A stretch of DNA of 64,000 bases from a virus (Duplodnaviria; Caudoviricetes). Positions 44,959 through 55,381 of this stretch are shown in pieces; the stretch's first letter is position 1; each line of letters opens with the position of its first letter. The stretch lies in the IMG/VR virus record IMGVR_UViG_2595698832_000001, positions 118,834 through 182,833 of that record. One strand, 5' to 3'. The position numbers and the translations under genes were made by a program. The notes under the pieces are model-generated. The model saw only the letters and a list, made by a program, of their open reading frames with translations, was not told the DNA's origin and did not search any database.

Positions 44959-45222
44959 ATGGCATTAGAAGCATCTAAAATAAAAATAATAGATTTCGTA
45001 TACGAAACAACTAAAACATTAAATCAAATTACAAAAGAAGCTGTTGATGAAATGCAGGGATTAGTTGCTAAAAATGATGGCGCACCAGTATATGTTAGAG
45101 TAACAGACGTAGATCAAGGTAGAGTTATTTTAATAAACTCTGATGGTAAGATCATAAATAATACTAGTAATAATATCGTTCAGGATAAAAGAATAGATAG
45201 ACTTATAAAATCTTTAGTTTAA
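44959..45222 (+). CDS. Hypothetical protein
   Basis: 87 aa ORF in the late operon. Confidence 0.6.
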   Translation: MALEASKIKIIDFVYETTKTLNQITKEAVDEMQGLVAKNDGAPVYVRVTDVDQGRVILINSDGKIINNTSNNIVQDKRIDRLIKSLV

Positions 45223-45231
45223 AGGTGAAAA

Positions 45232-47037
45232 ATGCAATTTAAAAAAGTTGATGTTTTAATATCAGAAAATCTCACAAAAGAACAGTTAAAAGAAAAAGTT
45301 CTAACAGAACTTAATAAAATAAGCAAAGAATCAAATCCTAGTATTAGTTATATCGCTAATATTCACGATATAGTTAATGGTAAATATTGGATTTGTATGG
45401 ATTCTGAAACTAAAGAGACTATGGAAGCAGCAGACGAATTAATAGACCTTCAAGCAATTTTTAGACATACAACTGAAAATCCAGAAGAAGCTTCAAAAGA
45501 TTTATTATACAGTTCTAAATATATAGAAGATAATTTCCTTCGAAAAATAATTTTTGAAACTTATAAGGAAGCTAATGATTCTAGGCTTACCAAATTAGAA
45601 ACTACAGTAGGTACTAATGAAAAAGATATAGAAGATAAACATTATAAATTAGAAAGAAGAGTGACAACTGCTGAAAATACCATTGTCGACAATAAAGAAT
45701 TAGAAGATACTAGGTATAGTGAGTATACCCAATTTAAAAAAAATATAGAAAATAACATTCTTGGTATTAATAATAACTTAAATACAAAAGCAAATCTGGG
45801 TGGTTCTGAAACGCAAGTATTTAATGTTGCAGACCCAACAAGTGATTGGCACGCTATTAATTTAGCTTACGCCAAGAAGAATTTTAATGTAGATTTAATT
45901 AATGCGCACACTGCAGACTTTAATAACCCACATAAAACAAGTATTGCTAACTTAATTGATACAAGTATTGTTAACCCGACAAACAATCATATTTTACAAT
46001 ATGATTCAAATACTAAAAAAATGGAAAAATAGCAGTTCTAAGTGTAGATTTATCTAATTATTATAATAAATCTGAAGTAGATTCTAAATTAGATACTAAA
46101 GCCAACACAAGTAATGTTTATAATAAATCTGAAATTAATACTAAATTTAATTCATATTATAATAAATCTACTATAGATTCTTTTATGGAACTTAAAGCAA
46201 GTGCCGAATCTGTTTATGATAAATCTGAAATCGATACTAAATTGCAAGATGTGCTGACACAAGCTGATAATAGATACCCTACATTATTAACACAAAATTT
46301 AGAATGGACAGTAGGAAGTGGTGGTGATTATGAGGATTTACAAACTGCTATTAATGAGGCTAGTAAATATAAATCGATTTCTAATTATAAAATAAATATC
46401 GTTTTAAAATCTAGTTATATAATAAATTCAACTATCTTTTTTTATGGTGATTTAAGTTTTATAAATATAACTGCAGAAAGTAATTCTGAAATAACGGTTG
46501 ATTTATCAAATATGAGTTATTTTTATCCAAATGAAGGAGGAATGTTTATTTTAATTAATTGTAATAGCCCTATTTTTTAATATTAAATTAAATTTAACAG
46601 GAGCTGCTCCTAGTAACTTAACAACATCTAGTATTTTTCTCGTATTATATGGTTCAAGTTTTATTAGACCAATTATAACGATAACAGGAAATAATCAACC
46701 GGTTACTAGAATGTTTACAATAAGAGAAAAATCAAATTGTGTAACAGCAATTTTATCAATACAACAAAATAATATTTGTAATATTGGAATATATATATCT
46801 CAATGTTCTGATTGTGATTTGTTTACTGGAACAATTTTAAAGGGAAACACAAACTCTATCGATATATATGGATTAAGTAGATTAAATTTAGCTTTTGATG
46901 TTTCTAACTTTGAAGGAAGTGTATCAATTAATCAAGGTTCTTTGGTTACACAATTATCAGGACAGAATTTAAGTTCAAATATAGCAAAGAATACTTTAAC
47001 TAGTAATGGAATTTTTATGACAGGAGTAAGAGAATGA
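45232..47037 (+). CDS. Tail fibre / receptor-binding protein; frameshifts near 46015-46030 and 46575
   Basis: Coiled coil, NPH motif, YNKSE(I/V)D repeats and LEWTVGSGGDYEDLQTAINEA followed by a beta-helix-like C-terminus; chaperone-like gene follows. Confidence 0.75.
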
Positions 47038-47660
47038 AAATAGTATCAAAAAATGGAACAATTTATCAAAATTTAACAGTATCAATTATAAGAGACCACA
47101 TTTATAGTGTTAAACAACCTTTAACATTAATTAAAGATGATAGAAAGTTAAAATTTAATGATGATTTTAGTTTTGTCGACGATATTACGCCTGAAGAAAT
47201 TCAAGCAGGAACGCAAGCAGTTAAAGAATACTGTTTAGCTAATAATCTTATGGATTTATATTATGAATATGTGCTAAATACTGCAAGCGAATCTGAAAAA
47301 CTTAATATAATTAAAGAAAAGAAGAAGTTTGAAATACAAACAAAAAGGGACGCAGCTTTAGAATCTGGTTTTATATTCAAAGGCCATACATTCCAAACTA
47401 GGGAAAAGGATAAACTTAATATTAACGGAATGGCCGCTAATATATTGTTAGATATACAAAGTGGTACTAATTCAATGACTGAGATTACTTGGATTGACTT
47501 GAATGACGAAAAGGTTAATTTCACACCTCAAGAATTTTTAACATTTGTTTCAAAAGTAACCGAATATACTCAGGAAGTAATATTTAAAGCGAATACATTA
47601 AAAGAAAAAATTAATTCATCTGAAACTGTTAAATCTGTCGATAAAATTAAATGGGAATAA
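47034..47660 (+). CDS. Tail fibre assembly chaperone-like protein (DUF4376-like)
   Basis: EIQTKRD...FQT...ITWIDLND...LKEKI...IKW pattern; ATGA-coupled to the fibre gene. Confidence 0.72.
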   Translation: MKIVSKNGTIYQNLTVSIIRDHIYSVKQPLTLIKDDRKLKFNDDFSFVDDITPEEIQAGTQAVKEYCLANNLMDLYYEYVLNTASESEKLNIIKEKKKFEIQTKRDAALESGFIFKGHTFQTREKDKLNINGMAANILLDIQSGTNSMTEITWIDLNDEKVNFTPQEFLTFVSKVTEYTQEVIFKANTLKEKINSSETVKSVDKIKWE

Positions 47661-47727
47661 TTAAGTTTATTAGTAAATGTGGGTCATATAAAGCTATATG
47701 GCTCTCATTATGTTTATGTCTATTTAT

Positions 47728-47815
47728 AAGGTTTTTGAGCTACAAGGAAGCTCTTAGGTCTGTAATACCACAACGATCATATTTACCGTTACCTTAACTA
47801 TCAATTCCCTTAAAC
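47728..47815 (-). ncRNA. Putative structured small RNA, copy 2, just 3' of tRNA-Thr
   Basis: Homologous to 28965-29047 with a compensatory change in the first hairpin. Confidence 0.62.
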
Positions 47816-47842
47816 GTAGATTAATTCCCACATAAAGGACAA

Positions 47843-47918
47843 TGGAGCCTAATGAGAGACTCGAACTCTCAACCTTTCGCTTACAAGGCGAATGCTCTAC
47901 CAGTTGAGCTAATCAGGC
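47843..47918 (-). tRNA. tRNA-Thr(TGT)
   Basis: Full cloverleaf GCCTGAT...TTCGC-CTTGTAA-GCGAA...GTTCGAGT...CCA. Confidence 0.97.
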
Positions 47919-47927
47919 ATTATATTC

Positions 47928-47962
47928 AGTCATCGTATAGAGTTTAATTCTATACGATGACT
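47928..47962. terminator. 13-bp stem hairpin (terminator or processing site)
   Basis: AGTCATCGTATAG / CTATACGATGACT inverted repeat. Confidence 0.6.
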
Positions 47963-47973
47963 CTTTAACTTTA

Positions 47974-48396
47974 TTAAAATGATAAATTATATTTAAAAAC
48001 ATAATTCAAAGGGCTTACACCAGCTTTTTTTGCATTTCTTGTTACTAAGTTATTAGCAACTCTGCTTATTTTTTTAAGCTCGTCTAGTAAAGATTCTCGT
48101 TTTTTATAAAGAGGTTCTAACTTTTTCTCAATATTCTCAATTTCACTGTCGTATTGTTCTAAACCTTTGTTGAGTTTTTCATTATCAACGTTATCGGGCG
48201 CAATCTGTGCAGCTAAGCCACCTAGTTTAAAGTAAGCTGTAGTCTGCGCAGCTTCTAGTTTACTTATTTCGGCTTGCAATTCCATCTTTTTTTTGGCTAC
48301 TTCTTGATATCTATTTCTGAGTTCCTCTATAGCAGACACATCCGTCTTTAACGCTTCATTTATAGGAATATTGTTTAAATAATCTTTAAATGTCAT
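47974..48396 (-). CDS. Coiled-coil protein with a capsid-targeting-like N-terminus
   Basis: MTFKDYLNNIPINE; ATAAATA upstream. Confidence 0.65.
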   Translation of the reverse strand: MTFKDYLNNIPINEALKTDVSAIEELRNRYQEVAKKKMELQAEISKLEAAQTTAYFKLGGLAAQIAPDNVDNEKLNKGLEQYDSEIENIEKKLEPLYKKRESLLDELKKISRVANNLVTRNAKKAGVSPLNYVFKYNLSF

Positions 48397-48582
48397 TTTA
48401 ACCCTTCAAAATATATTTAAATATATTTATTGGTTATATAAACATATAGCATCACAATTTAATAAACATGGGTAAAACTTACAAATGATTTTTAATTGTG
48501 TTTACAATCATCAGTTTTAGTTATATAATATAACGCTGACATCATAAACACATTTAAAACTTCTACTGAAATCTTAAATGTG

Positions 48583-48621
48583 TTTACAGTCTGGTGAGTT
48601 ACCAATTACCCGAATGCTTAC
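48583..48621 (-). pseudogene. 5' half of a tRNA-Tyr(GTA)
   Basis: GTAAGCA-TT-CGGGTAATTGGTAACTCA-CCAGA-CTGTAAA, then unrelated sequence; starts 11 nt after the tRNA-Pro CCA. Confidence 0.6.
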
Positions 48622-48632
48622 TAATGTTAGAA

Positions 48633-48710
48633 TGGTCGGGGTGAAAGGATTCGAACCTTCGGCCCCTTGGTCCCAAACCAAGTGCGCTAACCAGACTGCG
48701 CTACACCCCG
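48633..48710 (-). tRNA. tRNA-Pro(TGG)
   Basis: Full cloverleaf CGGGGTG...CTTGG-TTTGGGA-CCAAG...GGTTCGAATCC...CCA. Confidence 0.97.
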
Positions 48711-48782
48711 AAAATTATAAATTTTCAATCATATTTATAATTAAAGATTTTTATATAATATTTAAACTTAAAGTTTAATTAA

Positions 48783-48914
48783 TTTAAAAAGGATTCGAAC
48801 TGCAACTTTTACATTAACAGTTTGAAAATCCTGGTTAGAATCTAACCGTTTAAAAAGGATTCAAACTGCAACTTTTACATTGACAGTTTGAAAATCCTGG
48901 TTAGAATCTAACCG
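48783..48914 (-). repeat. 66-bp direct tandem repeat x2, each unit with two hairpins
   Basis: Units start at 48783 and 48849 and differ at 2 positions. Confidence 0.9.
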
Positions 48915-49121
48915 TTTAAAAAAACTTTTTAAACATTATAATTATATAATATTTAAACTTAAAGTTTAATTAAAAAACTTTTAAACTTTACTTAAGAGTT
49001 ATCGATTAACACCAAAGTGTAAAATGTTTAAATCTCTTAAACAATATAATTATATAATATATAAACTTAAAGTTTAATTAAATTTAAAACATTTAACGCT
49101 GTAGTGTCAATCTTTATGAGA

Positions 49122-50471
49122 CTAATTAAAGTTCCAATCAGTTTTAGGTTTTTGTATTTCTAATTGTGGAACGTTTTTAATATCAGTATTACTTAACATT
49201 TGTATATCATTTGAAACTATATCTTCTATACGCATATTCATATAATTAATATGCATATCAAAACTTGAAGTTCTACCATTATAACGATTCTTAGTTATTT
49301 TAAATCTAATAGTATTTTTCTTTTTAAGATCTTCAGTTTGCAATAAGAAACAAATCCAATCAGCAGTCATAGCAGTGCCCATAGAATCTGAAATAGCTTC
49401 ATTGTTAGAATCTGTATTATTTACAGCTGATCTATTTAATTGAGAACAAGAAAATATCGGAATATTTTCTGTGACTGCAATAGCACGAACTTCTTCACCA
49501 ATGGCCTTAATATAACTATATAAACCTGCACTTGCAGAAACTCTATCAGATTTCATCAAGCCTAAGTAATCCAAGAATATTGCATCGAATTTTATATTAT
49601 TAGCTTTATACATTTCTAATAAAGATTTTAAATCATTTGAACTAAAAGAACCAGCTGGGAAGTTTTGAACATATAAGCTACCAATACCAGATCTTTTTAG
49701 TTCTTCAAACTTAGTTCTGATAACACTAGGGTCTACGTCTTTTAAAGCATTAATTTGTATATCTAATAAGTCAGCATCTATTCTTTTTAAGAACTCAAAA
49801 TTAGATAATTCTAAGCTGACTAATAATACATTTAAACCTTGTTTAAGAAAATCACCAATGCTGGTACTCATTAATAAACTTTTACCAATACCTGCAGGAG
49901 CCATAAAAATATTCAAAGTTCCGTTAAGAAAGCCTTCTCCGATATACTCATTTAAAGTATTGAATCTTAAATATTTGATACCTTTTCTTGGATTTTGATA
50001 ATAATCAATGCGTTCTTCTATATTATTATATTCATTACCAAGATCTTTATGAATATTCACAAGTTGTGAAGCATCTATAAGATCTTTGGCTTTTTGTTTA
50101 TAAGTTTCATCTTTTTTATCAATGAACTCAGCACCTAACATTAATGCTTTTGTGAACATTTGGTCCTTAATGAATTTAACAGTTAAATCATCTAAGAATT
50201 CTTTGTTGATATTTTCTGAGTTTCTAGCATCATTAAGTTTAGTAGCAATCTGGGTTCTTGCTTCTTTATTAGGAATATCTTTAATTTGAAGTGCTATTTC
50301 TTGAATACTAGGAGTTGTATTATAATTAGAATAAAAATTATCTATTAATTCATAGATTTTTTGGTTACCAAAATCTGTGAAAATACTAGGTTTTAAGATT
50401 GGCCTTACTTTATTAAAAAAATCTTTAGATTCTATAATATTTTTTAGAAGAACCGATTCAAAATTATCCAA
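49122..50471 (-). CDS. gp41: Replicative DNA helicase (gp41/DnaB-like)
   Basis: APAGIGKS, SLE, LDYLG, SQLNR, TAD and KNRY. Confidence 0.92.
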   Translation of the reverse strand: MDNFESVLLKNIIESKDFFNKVRPILKPSIFTDFGNQKIYELIDNFYSNYNTTPSIQEIALQIKDIPNKEARTQIATKLNDARNSENINKEFLDDLTVKFIKDQMFTKALMLGAEFIDKKDETYKQKAKDLIDASQLVNIHKDLGNEYNNIEERIDYYQNPRKGIKYLRFNTLNEYIGEGFLNGTLNIFMAPAGIGKSLLMSTSIGDFLKQGLNVLLVSLELSNFEFLKRIDADLLDIQINALKDVDPSVIRTKFEELKRSGIGSLYVQNFPAGSFSSNDLKSLLEMYKANNIKFDAIFLDYLGLMKSDRVSASAGLYSYIKAIGEEVRAIAVTENIPIFSCSQLNRSAVNNTDSNNEAISDSMGTAMTADWICFLLQTEDLKKKNTIRFKITKNRYNGRTSSFDMHINYMNMRIEDIVSNDIQMLSNTDIKNVPQLEIQKPKTDWNFN

Positions 50472-50626
50472 ATTAAACTCCTTTGATTTAGACTTTTAAA
50501 ATTTAAATTTAAATTTTTAATATGATATTATATATAAAGAACGATTAAAATTTAATTAAATTTTTTACTAAAGATCTAGCAAATTACACTAAAGTGTTAA
50601 ATGCTAAGATCTATAGTGTATTAACA

Positions 50627-51408
50627 TTAAACTCGGATTTGAACCTGTTTTCTTAATTCAGGATCACCAAAAGCACCCCCCGTAGAATTCTGAAGTAAAT
50701 CCCCCCCTCAGTGTTTCTTGCACCTCTAATCCATTCACAAGTATGTTTAATATTACATAACTTAACATAAACATCTTCAGTTTGTGCTGCTTCTTTAATT
50801 TTATTATAGATTTCTTTAGTCAAATCTTCTTGCAACCAATAACGCCTCGAGACGAAATCTGCTAATCTTTGTAACTTAGAAATACCCAGAACATAATCTT
50901 TAGGTATATAACTAACTATTGCATAGGAATCTTCCGCAAAATCTGTATTAAATGGTAATAAATGATGACTACAATTGCTTGCTATGTTAATCCTTTTAGT
51001 AATTGGAATCTTAGCTGCGTCTTTATTTGGAAAAGTTGCTATTCTAACAGGTTTCATAAATCTACCAGAGCCACACTCAGTATCATCATCAGTGTTGGCA
51101 CCAGCCATTAGCTTAATGACTCTGCCTGGTGTTCCTAAATTACCATTTTCAAAATCTGCTTTAACATTTGGGTCTTCTAAATCAATTTTAAGTATTTCAA
51201 AAACTTCTTGTAATTTTTTAGTAGCTAATGCTCTCATAATAAAATGAGCTTCGTTTGAAATACTTTGATTGGTTTCAAATATATTTTCGCTAGCTTTAAA
51301 TGGTTTGATATTTAAATATTCTTCTACAAAATCTTCATAAGCTTCTCTTGAAACTTCTGGAAATTTTTTCTGAAATAAACTCCAAATAAATTTATCTTCT
51401 TTTAACAT
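50627..51408 (-). CDS. folE: GTP cyclohydrolase I; frameshifts in two G runs near the 3' end
   Basis: TPGRV, SNCSHHLLPF, LGISKLQR, LQE and HTCEWIRG. Confidence 0.9.
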
Positions 51409-51417
51409 TATACCTCC

Positions 51418-51849
51418 TTAACTTTGCATAGATTCGAGCATCCAAATATATTTTTGGAGACGAATTCTAAATGTTCTTAAGATGTCTTCTGTAACAGTAT
51501 CTTCAATTTTAATAGCTTCTTGAATAAGAACTGCTACTGAATTGTCAACTAATTTAAAATCATTTATTAATGCGCTAGCTATAGTATCCAAATCAAGTTT
51601 TGTAGCTTGTAGATCTAAAATATATGGATTTTTCAGATCGTGGATTTCTTGTATATTAACACAGGGTGTTAAACTCAATTGAACCAATCTTTCATTGAAT
51701 GTATCAAACGACTCTTGAAAAAATTCATAATATTCTTGTGTTATTTCGTGAAGTCTGTGAAATTGATTGCCTTTGGCTAAGTAATGCATTCCATTTAATT
51801 TAATAAAGATTTGCATACACGTAGCTGAAAGTTGTTTTAAATTATCCAT
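51418..51849 (-). CDS. dps: Dps / ferritin-like protein
   Basis: HYLAKGNQFHRLH...DTFNERL...KYIWML matches the Dps pattern. Confidence 0.78.
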   Translation of the reverse strand: MDNLKQLSATCMQIFIKLNGMHYLAKGNQFHRLHEITQEYYEFFQESFDTFNERLVQLSLTPCVNIQEIHDLKNPYILDLQATKLDLDTIASALINDFKLVDNSVAVLIQEAIKIEDTVTEDILRTFRIRLQKYIWMLESMQS

Positions 51850-51873
51850 TTATTGTTCCTTGGTGTAAAATCT

Positions 51874-52567
51874 TTAATCTGCAATTTTTGAGATCAAAAT
51901 CTTAGAAAACTCAGATTCAAAGAGAATTCTAAATGCGTTTTTACTCTCATTATATTTAATCTTTAAAGTATAATTTGTTACCGGCAGTTTAACAAAATTT
52001 TCAATATTGATTTTCAGTTTAAAATCCATAGTTGAATGATTTAAAAACTCTTTGCTAAATGTATTGTTAGAAGAATTAAATCTATTATGTGCATCTAAAT
52101 ACAAATATAAATCATTTGATTTACCTTCTATACTTAAAACATTTAATTCGTTGTAAATACTTGAAGCTTGTTTAATTTGTTTTATGACTTCAATACTAAT
52201 GTCAACTCTGGCAACTTCTGGAAAATTATCTAAACTTTCAATAATTGAAGCTTTTTGATCAAAGTTTTCCATTACAGACAAATCTGAAATTGTATAAACA
52301 CTTTTTGTCCCCGGTGTTTCAAATTCTATTGCATTGTTTGTTCTTGTAATTTCTGGATTATCAAATAATGCGAACATATGAACAAACTTATTTAATTCAT
52401 ATATACCAGTATCTGGGAATTCTTGGCATCCTAATTTAGACGCATCTATATTTACAAGCATATCTATAGCTTCAGAATTTAATGTTGTTATTGGATACTT
52501 AAGAATAACTTTATCAGTTATGCTCGACTATTTTTGAAAGTTCTTTAATGAAATCTTTTGTGATCAT
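51874..52567 (-). CDS. gp45: DNA polymerase sliding clamp (gp45-like); frameshift near 52530
   Basis: GIYELNKF and INIENFVKLPVTNY patterns, fitting size; AAGGAG then ATG at 52567. Confidence 0.68.
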
Positions 52568-52875
52568 TTAATCTCCTTTGGATTTTGTTTGATTCTTGGT
52601 TGTAATTCTACTCGGTTTCCTGCAAGTTGTATATTTAAATTATCCGCACCTAAAACAATGTTTTCACTTTGTATGATTAAAGATTTATTGAATTTTATAT
52701 GAACTGCAGAATCTGAAATCTTGACAGAATCTATCATACCTAATAATGTACCTAATATGAGGTCTTTAGAAACTTCTTTTGTTTCTTGAAATACAATATC
52801 TTGGCATTCTTTAATACAAGTTTCTTGTGATTTATTAAGAATTTCTGATTTTGGTACAAAACTTAATTCATTCAT
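52564..52875 (-). CDS. Hypothetical protein
   Basis: 103 aa ORF with promoter and RBS. Confidence 0.6.
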   Translation of the reverse strand: MNELSFVPKSEILNKSQETCIKECQDIVFQETKEVSKDLILGTLLGMIDSVKISDSAVHIKFNKSLIIQSENIVLGADNLNIQLAGNRVELQPRIKQNPKEIK

Positions 52876-52994
52876 AGTTCTCCTTTCTATTGAAATCTAA
52901 CAATATTATAACATATTAGCACTTAAAATGTACTTAATTATTAGACAATCATATCGGTTCAAAATCGTTATTTAAACCCACTTTAATTTCAGCA

Positions 52995-53670
52995 TTAAGA
53001 GTTTAGTTCATTAAATTTTGACATTGTTTTATTCACGTAATTTGCTTGGTATTTTCCATAGTATCTTGAAGCCGCTGATTCATACTTATTTTTTGTATTA
53101 GATACCTTTGGTAAAGATTTCAAATAACTAAGTATATATGCAGTTCCTTCTATATTCTTTTTCCAATTTTTTAAGATCTTTTTTAGATTTTAAACTTGTA
53201 TTAGATTTGAGTTTATCTCCCCAGAAATCCCAAACAATAGCACCCATACCTTGAGCTTGTATTTCTTTTTTAAGTGTTCTAACATAAGTAGGTTTATGAA
53301 TAACGTCGTTTCTAAATCTTGATTCTTTCCACAGTATTGCGTATAAGAATGCTGGATTTATTTTGTATTTTTTAGATTGTTTCCATATTTCATCAAGTAT
53401 TAGAGATTGTTGTTTATCACTTAAGTGATACATTGACGACATATCTTTCATTAAAGATATTTTTAAATCTTGAACTTTAGAACTTAAATGATTTAAATTA
53501 ATTTTGGTATCATTTAATTCTTTTTTGGTTTTATTAAGTTCTGTTTGGAGATCTTGAATTTTAAATTCTAAATTTTTAACTTTTGTATTATTAATATCAA
53601 GCATAAAATAAACAACTGATAAAATAATAATCAAAATTATTCCAATTTTATTTAGTTTATCATAATTCAT
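52995..53670 (-). CDS. Membrane-anchored lytic transglycosylase (SLT domain); frameshift near 53160
   Basis: N-terminal TM helix and coiled coil, AILWKESRF (catalytic Glu), GMG; re-framed NIEGTAYIL...YV. Confidence 0.78.
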
Positions 53671-53980
53671 TAAAATCTCCTGTTAATGAAGCTTTATATT
53701 CGTCAATAGTTTTTAGCATAGGATAAGCTTCTTTTATAATTTCTAAAGCAGTATCAGTGAGTTTCGATCTAAGTATTAAAACATAATCATATCTAAGATT
53801 TAATTCAGGGTCTTTGAGTTTTTTAACATCGATAATTGCATTATCTTTTAAGAAGCGTTCTCCAAACTCGTTAAATTCTTCTAAATCTATTTTAGATTGT
53901 GGGTATTTGTAATTTGTTAAAACTAAGTTGTATTCTGAGTCTTTTAAGGAACTCAACATTTTGTATTTAGAAACTCTCAT
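53660..53980 (-). CDS. Hypothetical protein
   Basis: 106 aa ORF with TATAAT and AAGGAG. Confidence 0.6.
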   Translation of the reverse strand: MRVSKYKMLSSLKDSEYNLVLTNYKYPQSKIDLEEFNEFGERFLKDNAIIDVKKLKDPELNLRYDYVLILRSKLTDTALEIIKEAYPMLKTIDEYKASLTGDFNEL

Positions 53981-54042
53981 ATTATCTCCTTTTGATAATT
54001 ATAATATAAAATATCTTAAGAGTTCCTTAAATATAAAATTAT

Positions 54043-54753
54043 TTAGCCAACGATAAATACAGCAGGTTCTGTAAATTTATTGGAAAGTTCCTCGTTTAAT
54101 CTTTGTATTTCATCTTGGGCTAATTGTCTAATATCACTATAATTAACTTGCGAACCATTAATTAAAGGTGCTGAATATTTTCCTAAGACTACACTTTGCA
54201 TCAATCTGGCTTGAGCCACAGACATTGCTTTGACCCATTCTTGGTCATATATTTTATCGTGTTCATCTGGTATGTATTTACATTTAGCTTCAATTAACAA
54301 AGGCCCATGGTAATTTTGATATATTGATAATAATCCCTTATGAGAGTTAAACTCGAAATTAACACGTTGACCAAAGTATTTGTCAACTAAGGATCTTGTA
54401 GAACTTAAAGTAACTAAGTAACTTAAAGCAACACCAGAAGTGGATAGTATATAATTAGACAGGTTTTGATCTATTAATCCATTTAAATCAGAACCTACAA
54501 AAATACCACTTTGGCATATTTGTAATATTTCTTCAACTTCAGGATCTACAAAATAATTACCTTGACCTTGACATTCAAATTTTATATATCTTGTTAATTC
54601 TCCATCATAGGCAACATTACAAAACATTTGAACTGTTTTTTCAATACAGTGATCTAATTGATTATCTGTAAGTTCGACTTGTAATTGTGGATATCCAAGT
54701 TCTTCTTTGATATATTGCCTAAGATCTGATAAGGTTAAGATTCTTTTCATCAA
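54043..54753 (-). CDS. gp13: Neck protein (gp13-like)
   Basis: LRQYIKEELGYPQLQVELTDNQLDHCI and WVK...LGKY...GSQVN. Confidence 0.88.
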   Translation of the reverse strand: MMKRILTLSDLRQYIKEELGYPQLQVELTDNQLDHCIEKTVQMFCNVAYDGELTRYIKFECQGQGNYFVDPEVEEILQICQSGIFVGSDLNGLIDQNLSNYILSTSGVALSYLVTLSSTRSLVDKYFGQRVNFEFNSHKGLLSIYQNYHGPLLIEAKCKYIPDEHDKIYDQEWVKAMSVAQARLMQSVVLGKYSAPLINGSQVNYSDIRQLAQDEIQRLNEELSNKFTEPAVFIVG

Positions 54754-55353
54754 GCTTCTCCATAAACTTCTTTGATATTATTAAGTATAAGTTGAATATT
54801 AGGATCTTGTGAACTTAATGTAAAATCATTGGATTCTTTAAATCCTTTAGTATTAATGAATATGATTTCATCTGGATTAATCATATATTTTTCTGATTTT
54901 ATATCGTCTGTAAATTTAAGATCTTTATAATAAAAAGTTCCTAAAAGATTCTTTTTAATAGAAGTTGTAATGTCTTCTATAAAATATTTGAGTGATAAAC
55001 TTGAAATTACAGAAACTCTGATACTTGGTTTATTTAAATGTCCAGTTATTGGATTCCAAAAATCTATACTTTCAACGTGAAATTCTTTAGTAGTTTTGTT
55101 AATTTTCTGAATTTGTTTAGCGTTTTTTGTCAGCGTAATTAAATCTTATCATATAGCCATCAGCACTGGCGAATCTAATACCTATTAATTTTGAACCATT
55201 TGAAGTGCAGTGCTCGACTTCATTAACTAAATAAAATTTTGCATTCAAGATTCTTGTGAATGCTTTGTTGTATTGTTTAACGATGGTTTTAATGTCATTT
55301 CTACTAAATTCTTCAGCTTCTTTTAATCTATAGTATTCTAAGAATCTCATCAC
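54750..55353 (-). CDS. Hypothetical protein with a capsid-targeting-like N-terminus; frameshift near 55125
   Basis: MRFLEYYRLKE; another frame continues HVESIDFW...EVYGEA* and overlaps the gp13 start. Confidence 0.55.
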
Positions 55354-55381
55354 AAACCTTTTAGCTTATTTATTTTTGGTA

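Noticed and set aside
47728-47842. tRNA-associated theta (HDV-like) ribozyme after tRNA-Thr
   Set aside because: The element does not start at the tRNA 3' end and I could not build the nested double pseudoknot.
48578-48778. 66 aa ORF on the plus strand
   Set aside because: It is antisense to tRNA-Pro and the tRNA-Tyr fragment.
50676-50707. Poly-G tracts in folE as a phase-variation switch for DNA modification
   Set aside because: Two neighbouring runs (G7 and G6) are each one base too long, matching the genome-wide homopolymer overcalls; corrected, they are only G6 and G5.
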